DNA of 64,000 nucleotides from Dimargaris cristalligena (Eukaryota): NCBI GenBank assembly GCA_003614675.1, contig ML002232.1, positions 1 to 64,000 of the forward strand, read 5' to 3'. Shown piece by piece: positions 50,712 to 62,914 of this stretch (position 1 is its first letter; each line of letters starts with the position of its first letter). The notes under the pieces were generated by a model. It saw only the letters and a program-made list of their open reading frames with translations, ran no database searches and was not told where the DNA came from. The position numbers and the translations under genes were made by a program.

Positions 50712-51319
50712 CTATTGGTCTTTGCCCTTGGGACCGTTCTTCTTGTCACTCCAAGACCAATTTTGGACGTTGATTTCGAATTGGTGTAGACGGTTAACGG
50801 CATTGTGAATTTCCGAATTCCAGGCGCTCTTAGTCCGGGGTATTATACTATTGAAAAGGCGGTCTTTTTCGGTCCAATACACAGTTAGAATATGGGGGAC
50901 GGCCGAGGAGTGGTCCACGATGTCATTCTTCGTGTCGTCGGAAGTATTCTATAATCCAGCAAGAATACCATGGTTAACCCCAATAATAGACAATGGTTGA
51001 AAGGGGAGGGGGGGTTAGTGGGGGAAGTGAGGTAAAATTACAGGCATAGTCCCAAATGGGTAGAGATGGTGCTATAGCTAGAGTGGCCATTCCCTTGGGT
51101 TGGAACACGGCCAACCTGTCACAGCTTGGGGTCAGGCAGCAAGCCATTGGAACTTACATCGGGGGTGCCACCCATCTCCGTACGGAGATTGGCATTTACA
51201 CGCTTGAGAAGCGACTGGTTTTCCTCTAACTTTTTCAGGACATCGACGCTGACGGCGTAGTAGGCACCAGCGGCAACAATGAGACCGCCAAGGAAGGACA
51301 CCGAGCGAGAGGCAGCCAT
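50712..51319 (-). CDS. Small single-pass mitochondrial protein, MICOS Mic12-like (~132 aa); exons 51319-51158, 50948-50712
   Basis: N-terminal SFLGGLIVAAGAYY membrane anchor, a short coil, and C-terminal KSAWNSEIHNAVNRL resembling the fungal Mic12 K..WN.EI...V motif; phase-0 GT-AG intron. Confidence 0.65.
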
Positions 51320-51908
51320 TGGGGGGGTTCGGGATGGTGAAGAAAGGTGAGAAATGAACCGTTGCAAGTAATCGTTGCGGTTTGATAGGAAATAGGTTAA
51401 GAAAGCAATGAAGCGGTTGGATTTGGTTGAATCGTGCTAGTAAGAGACAGGTATGAATGGGCCGGAATTGACCAATGCAAAGACTATAGGGTGGCGTGTA
51501 AAATTCAGCGAAGCAATTCCACTGTGACAGAGTATGAGTAATAGTAACCACCCCAACCATAAATGCTCCCACATCCCGGGATTTATAATGAGCATCTTAA
51601 TATGAACACAACCGGAGTGAGTGGTCCAATACAGCCGCTAGGCCTGTGCTCATATATAAGCCAAATTAGATAGCCGTTGTCCACATTCTATTGCTAATTT
51701 CTCCAAATTGAATTTAGTCATATTTATATAAAAATAACTATTGGTTACTGAATTCTTCATTAAAAAGAGTAATGGTAAAGCTGAATGTTAAATAGAGCGG
51801 GTATGCGTAGTGAATGACATGTCATAATCACACCCGTAGATAAAATGCTACGCACCCGGCGGTGTATTGTCACTAAACATTTCAAGCACCGACTCTTCCC
51901 CAATTAGC

Positions 51909-52874
51909 TTAGTGCCCCCACCAACTCAGTTTCTTAGTTTGCAACGGCTCCAGCTGCTGTTGGGGCTTTGGTAGTGACTTCTGTTGCTGAAGTTTGCCGC
52001 CATTCATGGCCAAGGTTTCTTCCCGCATTTGATTAGCCAACCGCATGGCCTGGGTCTCGGGCTGGCGGAACAAATGAAGGGCCTCGGTTTCAAGAACCGT
52101 ATCGCGGTTATACGGCTGGGTCGGCAGTGTAGTGATATTTTCAATCTCTTTCGGGTCCCGCAGAATTCTTTCCAAGGTGGCCAAAGTTTCCGCGGAGCAA
52201 ACGACATTCGGGTGGTCGTTCAGTTTAAACAGGGGGCTGGGAGTTTGGTTTCCCACCGACCCTTCTTCTTCCTCTCCCTTCCACTCCTCATCGTCGGACC
52301 AGGAAGTCGTGGGCGGGTCCGAGGGATCCATAGCAGAGGAATTCGTTTTGAAACACTGAAGGAGGGCCTCGGGGTCCACATTAGCCTCTTTCAAGACCTC
52401 AAGGACATCGCCAAAGAGGTGGTTGATACTTTCGTACTCCTCGGCTTCTTGACGAAGGCGGGTGCGAAGGTCAACCACGGGGAAATCGGATTGGGCTTCC
52501 GTTTGAACGGCCATATCACGGTACAGCTTGCCGTTTCGGGAGGTGCTGGTGGTGAGATCTGAGGGCCCGAGTCCCTCGCTAAGGACACGACCAGCTGGTT
52601 CGGCGGGGACTACGGGGAGTTGAGTTTTTTTGCTCAGCGGGACGTATGCCAATCGGATGAATTTCATTTCCGGATTAGTGGCCAATCGGGCCATAGAGGG
52701 CGGTAGCTCATTTTTGGGGATGAAGGGCAATAACTGCGAACGCAAGTGGTATGCCGAGCCGGGGCCGTCGGCAATAGACGAAGCGGCACTTGGACTGATT
52801 TGATAGGTGACCAAAATTAATGCGGTCCCGACCAGCGAAAGTCGGGTTACCAAGGTCGATAACTTGCCAAGCAT
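51909..52874 (-). CDS. Secreted or N-terminally anchored protein of unknown function (321 aa)
   Basis: ATG 52874 (MLGKLSTLVTRLSLVGTALILVTYQISPSAA|S); the upstream part of the ORF-track call is AT-rich UTR-like sequence. Confidence 0.75.
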   Translation of the reverse strand: MLGKLSTLVTRLSLVGTALILVTYQISPSAASSIADGPGSAYHLRSQLLPFIPKNELPPSMARLATNPEMKFIRLAYVPLSKKTQLPVVPAEPAGRVLSEGLGPSDLTTSTSRNGKLYRDMAVQTEAQSDFPVVDLRTRLRQEAEEYESINHLFGDVLEVLKEANVDPEALLQCFKTNSSAMDPSDPPTTSWSDDEEWKGEEEEGSVGNQTPSPLFKLNDHPNVVCSAETLATLERILRDPKEIENITTLPTQPYNRDTVLETEALHLFRQPETQAMRLANQMREETLAMNGGKLQQQKSLPKPQQQLEPLQTKKLSWWGH

Positions 52875-54806
52875 TTTCGAAGTTGGCAAGGAGCGGTATA
52901 TTGGGGTGCAAATAATAATATAAAATAAACTTAACGTTAAAACTGATGTTCGGAAATGCCAAATATAAATAATTAAAATATCATGAAGGTTGTGAATAAT
53001 AAGGAAATACAAAAAAAGGAGCTTATAATATAAAGGTATTGCTAGACAGAATAATAAAAACCTGTGCTCTTTAAAGTCATCACGGAGGGAAGGTGGCTCT
53101 GCTATTGCTAGCCAGGGCGAAAGCGGTGGATTTATTTATGCGCGAAGGAAGCTGGCGGGGAATGGGCGCCAGTAACTATTATTGTTACATATGTGTAACT
53201 CGGGAGCTAAGCCACCACAGGACTTGGGGAAAAACGGCACAGAAAGATGAGAGGGGAGGCTCCACAACTATTCATACGTACTCCGCCGAGATTGGGCTAA
53301 CCATTGGCCATTTTCCTGCGACGCCCATGAAGTACTAGGGCCCCGTTGCTTTAAGGTCAAGGTCGCCGATTAACTCAATTAGCGTGGTCTTTACATTTTC
53401 TGTTCTATTAATACGGATCCCCTGATTTGAGGTTGGGTTGCGCTGGGGGGAGGAAGCTGTGCACCGTTTACACTTGTGTGACATTTCACTCCAATATCCT
53501 CAGCATTGGCCTTATTTGCCAGCCACATTAGTCCACTCGGCTGATTCTTCATACCATTCTCTATCCTACTCTAGTGTTGTTAGATGGCTGAAAAGCAGTG
53601 TTTCCGGTATAGTCCCGTCCGACATGCCATGCTTGATTAATGGCGGTTGATATCCCATCCCGCTTATAGTTAAGACGGCAATTATGTGTTTAGCCTATTT
53701 TTACCCTACCAATGTACACTGTGATAGTCACCATTTTTATCAATAATGCAATTAATACTTTGCAATTATTTTATCGTCGATACATTTCTAACAATTTCAC
53801 CTATTATTTGCAGTCCTCTGTATCTACTTTACGACACAATGAGCCTTTCTTTAGTATTAGAATTGACAAAAAAAAATTCGAAATCTTGGAAAGAAAACAC
53901 AACAGTTGTCTACTCATTGACACTCATATTTCGGAGCTATCATTTATTTAAATGTAGTATTTTTGTTTTTTGCTAGCAATGCCAAACCCCCCAGCCACTG
54001 TAATTACCTATTCCCTATGGTCCTACCCAGGGTCTACCATGAGTTTCAGCGCTTCCGAATCCAGCCAGTCTAAGCCCTCGAAAAACCCAAAACTTGTTGG
54101 CTGAAAGTCCTCCATTGCGACGTTGAAACAGCCAGAGAAGGAAGACATGGGCGTTTCACAGTTCCCTAAACCTAATACGTCGGGGGCGGCGTCACCCAAC
54201 AATACATATGCGTGCTGACATGTTCAAGATCCCCAAGTTCCCTATATTATTTAATTTTGCCACCCCTGTTAATATATACAGATTTAAAACCTGCTTGGTT
54301 ACACTCTACCCTTAACAGGGGAAGGTTTGCGGAAGGTACAGCAATAGAAAAGTTGAGACTGATCGATTAAGTGGTCCCCACTAATTACTTCAACATCATA
54401 GTGAAATGCAAGTTCTTCACAGGTCCTGTGAGAACTAGCCCAAACCTCACTTGACTCTCATCTGTGGATAGTATTTATACCCCTTAGTTAACTTTGGACA
54501 TGGCTCTGATATACCGCTAAAGTCATTTTATAAGTAACCTATTCCCTTCCAACAATTGATCTAATATAATTCGATAGACTGTTGTGGAAATATGGGCCAA
54601 GCCCGTCCAGAAAAGGGTTAAATTCATATATCCATGAGCCAGAGAAAAAAACTTGAATTTGGCGTAAATTAGAACACTCGGAGCTTAAGATAATAATGGT
54701 AATAAAAATAATAATAGATTCATTGAAGTTCAAGCTAATACTGAATAGCTAGTCCCGAACAATCCTACCCAGCTAATCATAACTACATGGCTGATTTAAT
54801 TAACCA

Positions 54807-57480
54807 TTAAGGCTCTTTGTCATTGAGGCGTTCCGGAAGCTGCAAATAAAACGGCTGATTCGTAATGTGACTATTAACACTAGGCCGGTCCATGTTGTTA
54901 GGATGGGGGTCTTGGAAGGAATAGCCAGTACCCTGACTGGAAACTGGGCTCGGTCGAATCCAGGGGCCATTGGCATTGGATGGGACCGGCACGGGCATGG
55001 TGTATGCTCCGGTGAACTGTTCCACATTAGCAAAGGGAGGGATAGTGGGGGCCTGATTCGACGGATACGGGGCATGATTAGGAGAATCATTGACGGGTAT
55101 GACCTCACTGATCGATTCGGTGGCAGCCTGGTTCAAGGAGATGGAATGAACGGGTACATTCGGAGCCGGTATGGTCCAGTGTGAGTTCAGGGAAGTCTGC
55201 ATCGGCAGGTCCTGGTTAACAGGGGTGAAGTCTTCATTCATATCTTGTTGAGAAGGCACGAAGACGCTCTCGGTTTCTCTATTCCAAGGGGACTGAAATA
55301 TATACTCAACTGGTAAAGGCGGCCCCTGGGTAGAGAGCTCGGTTTTGTCCTCAACAAAAGAGGAGTGGTCATTCTCGGCTACCGTGTTTTTCGGTGGTTG
55401 CAAGAAAGACTCAACCGGTAGAGCCTGCTCCTGGACAGAGAGCTCGGTTTTGTCCTGGACAGAAAGGGGACGGTCATTCTCGGTTGCCGTGGTCTTCAGC
55501 GGTTGCAAGAAAGCCTCGACCGATAAAGGCTGCTCCTGGATAGAGTGCTCGGTTTTTTCCTCGACAACAGGGGGGCGGTCATTCTCGGATGCAGTGTTCT
55601 TAAGCGGTTGCAAGAAAGCCTCGAGTGACAAGTCCTGGTCAGGGGTAGCGGGTGTGCCTCGGTCTTGAACGAAAGACGTGGGGGTGCGCTTGAGCTGCTT
55701 GCTCCCGAATGGCTGCAGGAAAGACTCGACTGACATGCTATGACTATCGGTGGACGCCATACCCCGATCCTGAACGAAAGAGGCGGAGTCGGAAATTACC
55801 TTGTTCGGAACGTGGGTCTTTTCCGCGTCCAAATAACTGTTAGTCCCTCTAAGCTGCTCTTCCTCTGCCAATAATTCATCAGGCTCGTTAAAATAAGTCA
55901 CTTCGACTGGCGACTGGGATTGTTCTACGGGTACGCTATAATGCCAGGATGAAATACCATTACCGTAATATATACATCGGCAATACCATATGGGTGTAGT
56001 TAAGTGGGTTAGATATAATTTACATGGCGATTCCATCGGTCCAATCTATGTGCACACTTTGTGGCAGGATGGGACATTGCTTTAGGTAGCGGGTGTTTTA
56101 GGGAAAGTTGAATCCTCTAAAATCGAAGCAACGTCGCGTAATCCATCGGAGATACCCTTAAGGGTGCAATTAAATCGTCGGCAACCGCCAAGTGATAGCT
56201 ACGCTGGTCTGAGTAAATTAGTACGTGTGGCAGAAGCCAAAATTCAGTAGTACTTACCTGGAGGTCGAATCCTTCGTCGATTCGCTAACTTGACGAGGAG
56301 GAATGAAGCCGGTAACGACGGGCGAATTAAATCCCACATGCTTTCCATTATCGGCCGAATTGCTTACGGAGGTGTCCTGGGCAGTAGTTTTGGAGTGCAA
56401 CGTGGGAGAGCAGGGCAGCGGGCGGCCATTATTCCAGGCACCTTGAGTACCCACCGGTGGGATGGTCTCGTCGTTGTTGCCATCCGCGCGGTTTACCGAT
56501 TCAGTAGGCGAGTAGTTCGAATCATTGAACTCCATGGATTGGGGCAGCACGCGCCCAATATCACTGCCATTCTCGGAGCTCGATGCAATCTCCTCCATAT
56601 AGTCGGTGAGTTCCTTCTGCAGGTTATCCAGAGACGCAGTGGTCTGCTGATTATTAGGAACAGGGATAGAGGCTGGTATCTGATTAGAGGGGTGTACCTC
56701 CCCCTCCAAAGAGTTGGCTTGGAAAGAGGTCCGTCCGGCCGGGCTTTCGGCATCCATATCCGGCTCGGATTCGGTAGCGGTCTCGTCGAGATAGATTTCA
56801 CCCTCCACCAAATTTGATTCCTCCTCCTCATCCTGGTCTTCCGCATCCATGGGCAACGTGGAAAGGAGGACGTTATCCTGGTCGTCCACCAGAGTCAGGT
56901 ATCCTCGGCTTCTCTCCTGACCATTCTTATCGGTCTCCAGAATACAAAAGCCGGCCTTGCAGCGGTACTGGCGCCCATTTTTGCTCAAAACGCCCGTCCA
57001 TTCGATATGGTCCGAGGCCGATAGGACTTCTTCTTCTTCCTCCTCCTCCTTTTCCGTCGAGGGTTCGTCATCCTCGCCTTCTTCTTCTTCGGCCTGTGGA
57101 TCGCTGGCTTCGGCCACGTTCTCGGATTCTTGAACTTCAGCGCGGATAGACTCGAAATCATCGGTTTGAATGGCCGCATCGATTCCTACAACAGCCTTGG
57201 CCTTAGGTTGGATGGACTCGGGCACCGATTCCTCAGACTCTGCCGAAGATGACGACGGGTCGGGGGTATCCGCGGGCAGCAAGGGCTGGTAGTCACCAAA
57301 TCCCACTATATACAGATTGTTGACATCCGACGGCATGGCCTCCCCCAGCCAGATCTTGGCGTCCGCGGTGGCCAAGAACGGCATGAAGATTTTGTTGGAG
57401 GGAATAGAAGCGGCCGAGGCCACCTGGAGTAGGGCTAGGCCCACCAGACCAATTAGGATGCGGGGCGTGGAGGCAACCAT
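54807..57480 (-). CDS. Large secreted acidic/disordered protein with internal 35-aa repeats (~783 aa); exons 57480-56258, 55935-54807
   Basis: Signal peptide MVASTPRILIGLVGLALLQVASA|AS; donor AG|GTAAGT at 56257 and acceptor TAG|C at 55936 join ORFs 56254..57513 and 54807..56036 in frame. Confidence 0.75.
55230..55790 (-). repeat. Degenerate coding tandem repeat, 105-bp (35-aa) period, ~5 copies
   Basis: Core [LM][SP][VL]E[AS]FLQP recurs at exact 105-nt spacing (anchor bases 55401, 55506, 55611, 55716) with a diverged LPVEYIFQSP copy at ~55296. Confidence 0.9.
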
Positions 57481-59629
57481 ACCGGGCGAATAACAATTAA
57501 GTGGCTTAAGCAATGGACGGGTTAATTAAATGTGAACTAAAATAGGTATGCGTGCACACTCCTGTAAAAGGCTGGCAATCAAACTAGCGCACTGGGGCAG
57601 TATTTGCAGTGTAGTGCTATACCACGGGCGAGTCGTCGACGGGACTATTGGAAACTAAGCAGCGCTTGCTTTCATGCACTAATGGACGGATAAATTCGCA
57701 AATGGTAGTCAATTAGAAGTGGATATAATTAATCAAAGAATGACCTCAACGGAATAGGGAGATGCCCTGTACCAATATATATATATATATTACAGAAGGC
57801 CGGTCTTGCCCCGTCTCTTGCCGTGGGGTATACAGCTCCGTTGGGTCAATTCCGGCTCAACTTGACCCCATGCTTGAACGGCACCCGCTTTTCCGGAATC
57901 ATTGGTGATTTATGCCTACAGTTGAATATGTTATTTTTGTTTTCCCACCATTACGAGGTGTAGCCTTGCCTCCCCTTTCCTTCGCCTGCTAGCTCTTTCC
58001 AATATTGGAAATGGGTGAATATTGAAGAGTATAGCCTAGCTCGCTCTCCTTCTCCCCGCTAAAGTTGCACTGTGTCACTCAACCTGCCCCAGGGGCGTAG
58101 GTTTGTGAGACTGGAGAGTTGTGAAGACGTAGCGGGAGAGAGGGGGTCAGCAACCCTAGCACTTCCCGTGAAATTGAAGACTATGCATGGGGTTCAAGGA
58201 AATTTTCGGTAGGCGAAGCTAAAAGAACTAGTGCCAACCATAGAGCGTATACCTTGGTCCTTTGGTCTCCCCGACATGCCTATGGGTAAAAGGAAATTGC
58301 CCGAGTTAATTCCGGCATGGAATACCACTGTTATGTTGCTATTGGCATAGTGGGAAAATAGGTGACCGTCTAGGTAACCCACACGGTCACGCAAAACCTG
58401 TTCCTTTAAATGGTCGGTTGCTTAAAAGTCACCTGCTTGAGGTAACGCGCCCTGTTTCTTTGGGGTAGCTTTGGTGCACTTGGGCCCGTCAATTACTCAC
58501 CGACCGTCGGCATTTATGCAATGCCTCCAGGGCACTAGGTATAGAATACCATAGGACATGTGTTAGATAAGAGGGGCGCATTCAAAACGCATCGGTTTAT
58601 GTTATTGGGAGTACTATATTAGCCGGATGTGGCTGTATTTCGGACTCCGACATTCGTCTATTGGGACAACAATGATAGAGTAATGACTAAAGCGGAGATC
58701 CCTCAGTGGACAGGGGTTACCCACCATGGTGCATGTTGCACATTTAACAACCCGTGAGCTGCTTTCGCGAGTCGCCGTCGGATTCGCCAGTTTCTCCAGC
58801 TCCCTTTTCATTACCATTGGTCTGCCACCTCTTGTAATAACAGTCCATTGGAATCTCCTTACGGGTGGCAAAAGTATCAGGATATAAATCCAATATTGAA
58901 AGGTCAAAAAGGCCGTCTAGCCGAAGTTATGGCAGTAATAGGGGGTATAGTCTTAGCTTTATTGACATGCAATTAGATGGGTTTATATCAGGGAAGTGGC
59001 CAAGGTCTGCAAGACTACGTCCTAATGGGATACAGTCTCCTCTCGGAAAGTGTATAATCGGTTAACAGTAGCGCCAATCCCCATTTTTTAACTAAACAGC
59101 TGCAGTCTGTTAGAGCCTGTACTGGATAACCGGGCCACCTTTTGGCACACGGCTTACAGTAGCTAGCACCCCCTCCCGTTACGCCAGTTAATTCTATACT
59201 CATAACCACTAAGACCAACATCTCCAATACCACGTACACTATCCATTACACTAGTGGCCATTGGCTCTATATGTTCAATAACCCATTCAAGTGAGCCAAT
59301 TCGCTACATCGGATAAATTGCCACCTTCAAAAATAGTTCAACTGGAGACTAAAAATAGGCCGATTTCATTCCATGAGCATCCTTTAATCACGCAAGACAT
59401 CGGTTTAATACACAGAAACGCCCATCTAAGTCAAATTTCATTGTGATAAAACCGGAAATCCTGACCTGACCAAAAGGGATAGCTGCAATGCCAAAAATTA
59501 ATTATATTTATAAAATACACAAAATTACGGGTTGTTGTCGTTCTTTTTTTTTCGGATATTAATTTAGGAGCCTACAATTGGGTTGGAAAATGAAAAGAGA
59601 CAGTTTCAAGCTAATTGGAAGCAATACTC

Positions 59630-62359
59630 CTAGTCACTCATATCCTCGATGGGGTCGTCCGAAAGGTCGCCGTGGGTGGGCTCGGCTAGGCCATCTAAAG
59701 GTAATTGAATAGACGCTGGTTGACTATCCATGAGATCTTCGGTACTACGGTCCTGGTCCGCCCAATCCTCGGCATCGGCGCACCGGGCTTCCCGGTTAGG
59801 CCGGGAACTAAACCGGCAAAGTTGATCCAGGTCCGCACAGAGTCGACCCAAGTCCCGTTCTACCGAAGGTAGAGGTGGTCTTGGTCGATGTAGCTGTGAC
59901 TGGGTCTGCTGGATTCGGTTCTGTAGGACAGTATGCCAATAGGGGTACAGTTCCAGACAAGCGGTTTCGAGAGCTAGGGACGTTTTGGTTCCCCCGTAAG
60001 TCTCCTCGGCTGGAACACGCGTGCGCGCCTGGACCGTTTGGGCCACTGCTAGATTTTCCCGGCGCTGTTTAGCCACCGCCCAAAACTGCGGTTTACTCAT
60101 CTGTAAGAGTCCCCCCACTCGCGGGGCGGGTCCGTCGGGTCCATCCGCGGGTGTACGCAGGGATTCCGCCAAACCCCGTACGGTGGTCAAGGCCTGGTAG
60201 GGACCACTGGTCATTTGGTGGGCCCAGCCTCCCTGCCCCACCACCAACCCATCGGCATCGCTGAGCCGCTCACTCGCCAGGGCCGCGTCGTCGATATCCC
60301 CCGTAAAGGCCAGGTAGTTTTGGTGTAAAAAGAGGACAAACAGGTCGTAGTCGACGGGTACGTGTTCCAGAATTGCTTCGGCCGGGGTTTCGGGTCTAGC
60401 GTCGCTTCCCGGAGATGTTGGGCGCCGCTTATTGTACAGGACTTTACCCATGGCGTGGAACAAATCGAAACTGGATTCCCGGCCCCCTGATGGCCGCCCC
60501 GGTCGCGACCGCGATGATCCAGCAGATCCGGGCACCGGGGACGAGGGTAGCGTGCGGCTAGTTAGTTGAAGCGTATTTAAGGCGTTTCGAATGTCACCGT
60601 GGCATTCCGCCACCACCATGGGCAAAACGGCCGATTCATTAAGTAACGGGCGGCGATTTTGGGACCATGGGTGGCAATGGCATTCGAGGGACCATATCCG
60701 TTTGAGGGCTTTAGTGAGGAGGGTCGGAGCAATGGGATTAAAGTTGATTCGCGTAACCAGGGGGGAGTCTAACACGTCTCTGGGGATGACCTGCCGGAAA
60801 TTCTCGAGCGCCTCTCCAAAACTTCGTCCATTCCGCCCCGCCGGTCCGCCACTGGCCTCTTCCAATAAGCTATGGCGTGAAATGCACTCGCTGATGATTA
60901 GTACTAGGGGGAACGCACGCAATGGCCGGGGTGCAGTATAGTGACGCAGGCAGTCTTCGAAGACCCGTTTAGTAGCCGGTTGGGTCAAATTGGGGAAATC
61001 TTCAATGACGACTAACTGCTGGTTAGGCGGCTCGGGTGGCGTGGCGATGGGGGTAGCAATAGTAGCAGTTGGTGTGGCCATGGCCAGTGGGGTATAGCGG
61101 TCCGCTTTCCGAATGAACAGCTCGAATTTCCGAGCTAGGGAGTCGACTGCATGATGGTATAGGGGTTCGAAAAGGAAAGGGCCCCAGAAAATAGGCATCG
61201 TAAGTGTAATAATGGAAGCGGTAGAAAAATGAGATAGGGCGATGGTATAGCTTAGTGGTACTGAATTGACTCAAATGCAGCGCTGCCGAAAAAACTCCGC
61301 AAGTACAATAAGTCCGTTTACCCAAGCCGAAGGGCGGTAACGGAGTCAATTAAAGAGTGCCCTACGTAAGTGTAGATAATTACCTTCACCGGTGGCATAC
61401 GATGTGTCATTGATATCTTGGGCCAAGTGTACGGGGTTGATCCACTCCGATATCGGTATATCGAGCTGTTTAGCCACTAATCTGAGCGTGGTCGTTTTAC
61501 CCACACCGGGCGGTCCAGTCAGAATCAGTATCCGTTTGAGCCAGGGCCGGGTACCTGAGGCCCTAAGTTCGACCAACGCCCCCTGTAGCCAATTCTGCAC
61601 CTCAAGAATTTTACGCTTGTGCACCGCCAGATCCGTTACATCTTGGGGGGCATACTTGTCTACCCAAAGTTCGGTGTCGGTCTTGGGGACGCCGTTGCCT
61701 TTGCCGCACCCGACCGGGGGGGATTCCAGATTAAGGGCGCGCGCGAAGAAATCCTGCGGGATCGACAGACTCCGGGACTGTAAACCAGCGGGATAGTTGG
61801 GCCGTGTAGGGGCCGACATTGCCAACGATGGCGACAGGGCGGACTCATCGGGGTTGAGCCCTATATTCCGAGGGGAATTGGATGGGCTGCTGAAGGCCCA
61901 CTTGCTGCTAGTGATACTGGTTAAACGGGACCGGGTGGATTTAGCAACGGGTAATAAAATCGGGCGCTGAGTGGGTTTTTGTAGCCGGGCGGCGTCGGTG
62001 GTGACGGCTGGTTCCGAGAAATCCGCATCGTCGGAGCCGCCTCCTTCGACACTTTCATCGGCCGAACTGTCGGAGAGGATACTAATCACCGCCCGTGGTT
62101 TGGGACGAGTTCTTCGGGGCGGTGGGTCAGCGGAGTCTGCAGGTTCGTATGAAGAGTGGTCTTGGGATACCGACTTCGGTGCAAGGTCGGCTGGTGAAGT
62201 AGGGGGGGGTGGAGCCGTCGGGGTGGATTCGGAAGGATTGCGGGTTTGCGAGGGCTGCTCTTCAACTTTAGCTCGTTTTCGGGCTGGACTGGTTACCGTC
62301 GGACTTGGCTTATCCGTCACGACAGTGGACGGCCGTAGCCGGCGTTTACGCATTTGCAT
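59630..62359 (-). CDS. RAD17: Checkpoint clamp loader subunit Rad17/Rad24 (~830 aa); exons 62359-61384, 61146-59630
   Basis: LWVDKYAP...DLAVHKRKILEVQNWL; Walker A GPPGVGKTT; EWINP; variant Walker B VIEDFP; INFNPIAPTLLTKAL; GDIRNALNTLQ; LFHAMGKVLYNKR; acidic tail DDPIED. Confidence 0.96.
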
Positions 62360-62914
62360 GGCGGCTTGTAATGCCCAAGAAGAGGAACGAAAAACGAATA
62401 AGCAAGTCAAATAATAATAATGTGCCGGTAGGGAATGAACAAGGGGTCGGCACGTTTTTTTCCCACTGCGCACCGCCAGCAGCTAAGTTCTACCCTGGTT
62501 ATGGGTAAACAGTGCCAGCGTGGAATGCGGAGGGCGTCGAAAAATAGTGTGGCACGACGTTCGGTTTAAAAATGGCCTGGCTGGAATCGGCAAAGAGGTT
62601 CCTCTCCCAGTCACATAAGTCTGGCAGTGGTTACGGACCAACACCACGCCCAAGCTATATATACTTCCCACCTTTTCGCCTTTTATTGTACCCCCCCCCC
62701 CCTTCAGTCAGCCCCGTCCAAGTAGGCTCACAATAGCAGAAAGGAGAGAGTGTACGCTAAGTGGCGCAGTAGCAATTCCAACCCTCAAGCAGAGCAGTGG
62801 AAGCCTTTTGTCTAGCTAAAGCCCATTCACTTAACCAGACTCTTCTTCGCTGCCTTAGCAAGCTCTTCTGCTGTTAACTATATTATACAGTATTGTTCAG
62901 TCTTCGTTGTTCCA

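Noticed and set aside
55230..55790. Regularly spaced repeats as a CRISPR-like array
   Set aside because: Degenerate in-frame coding repeats in a eukaryotic gene; no invariant repeat with unique spacers.
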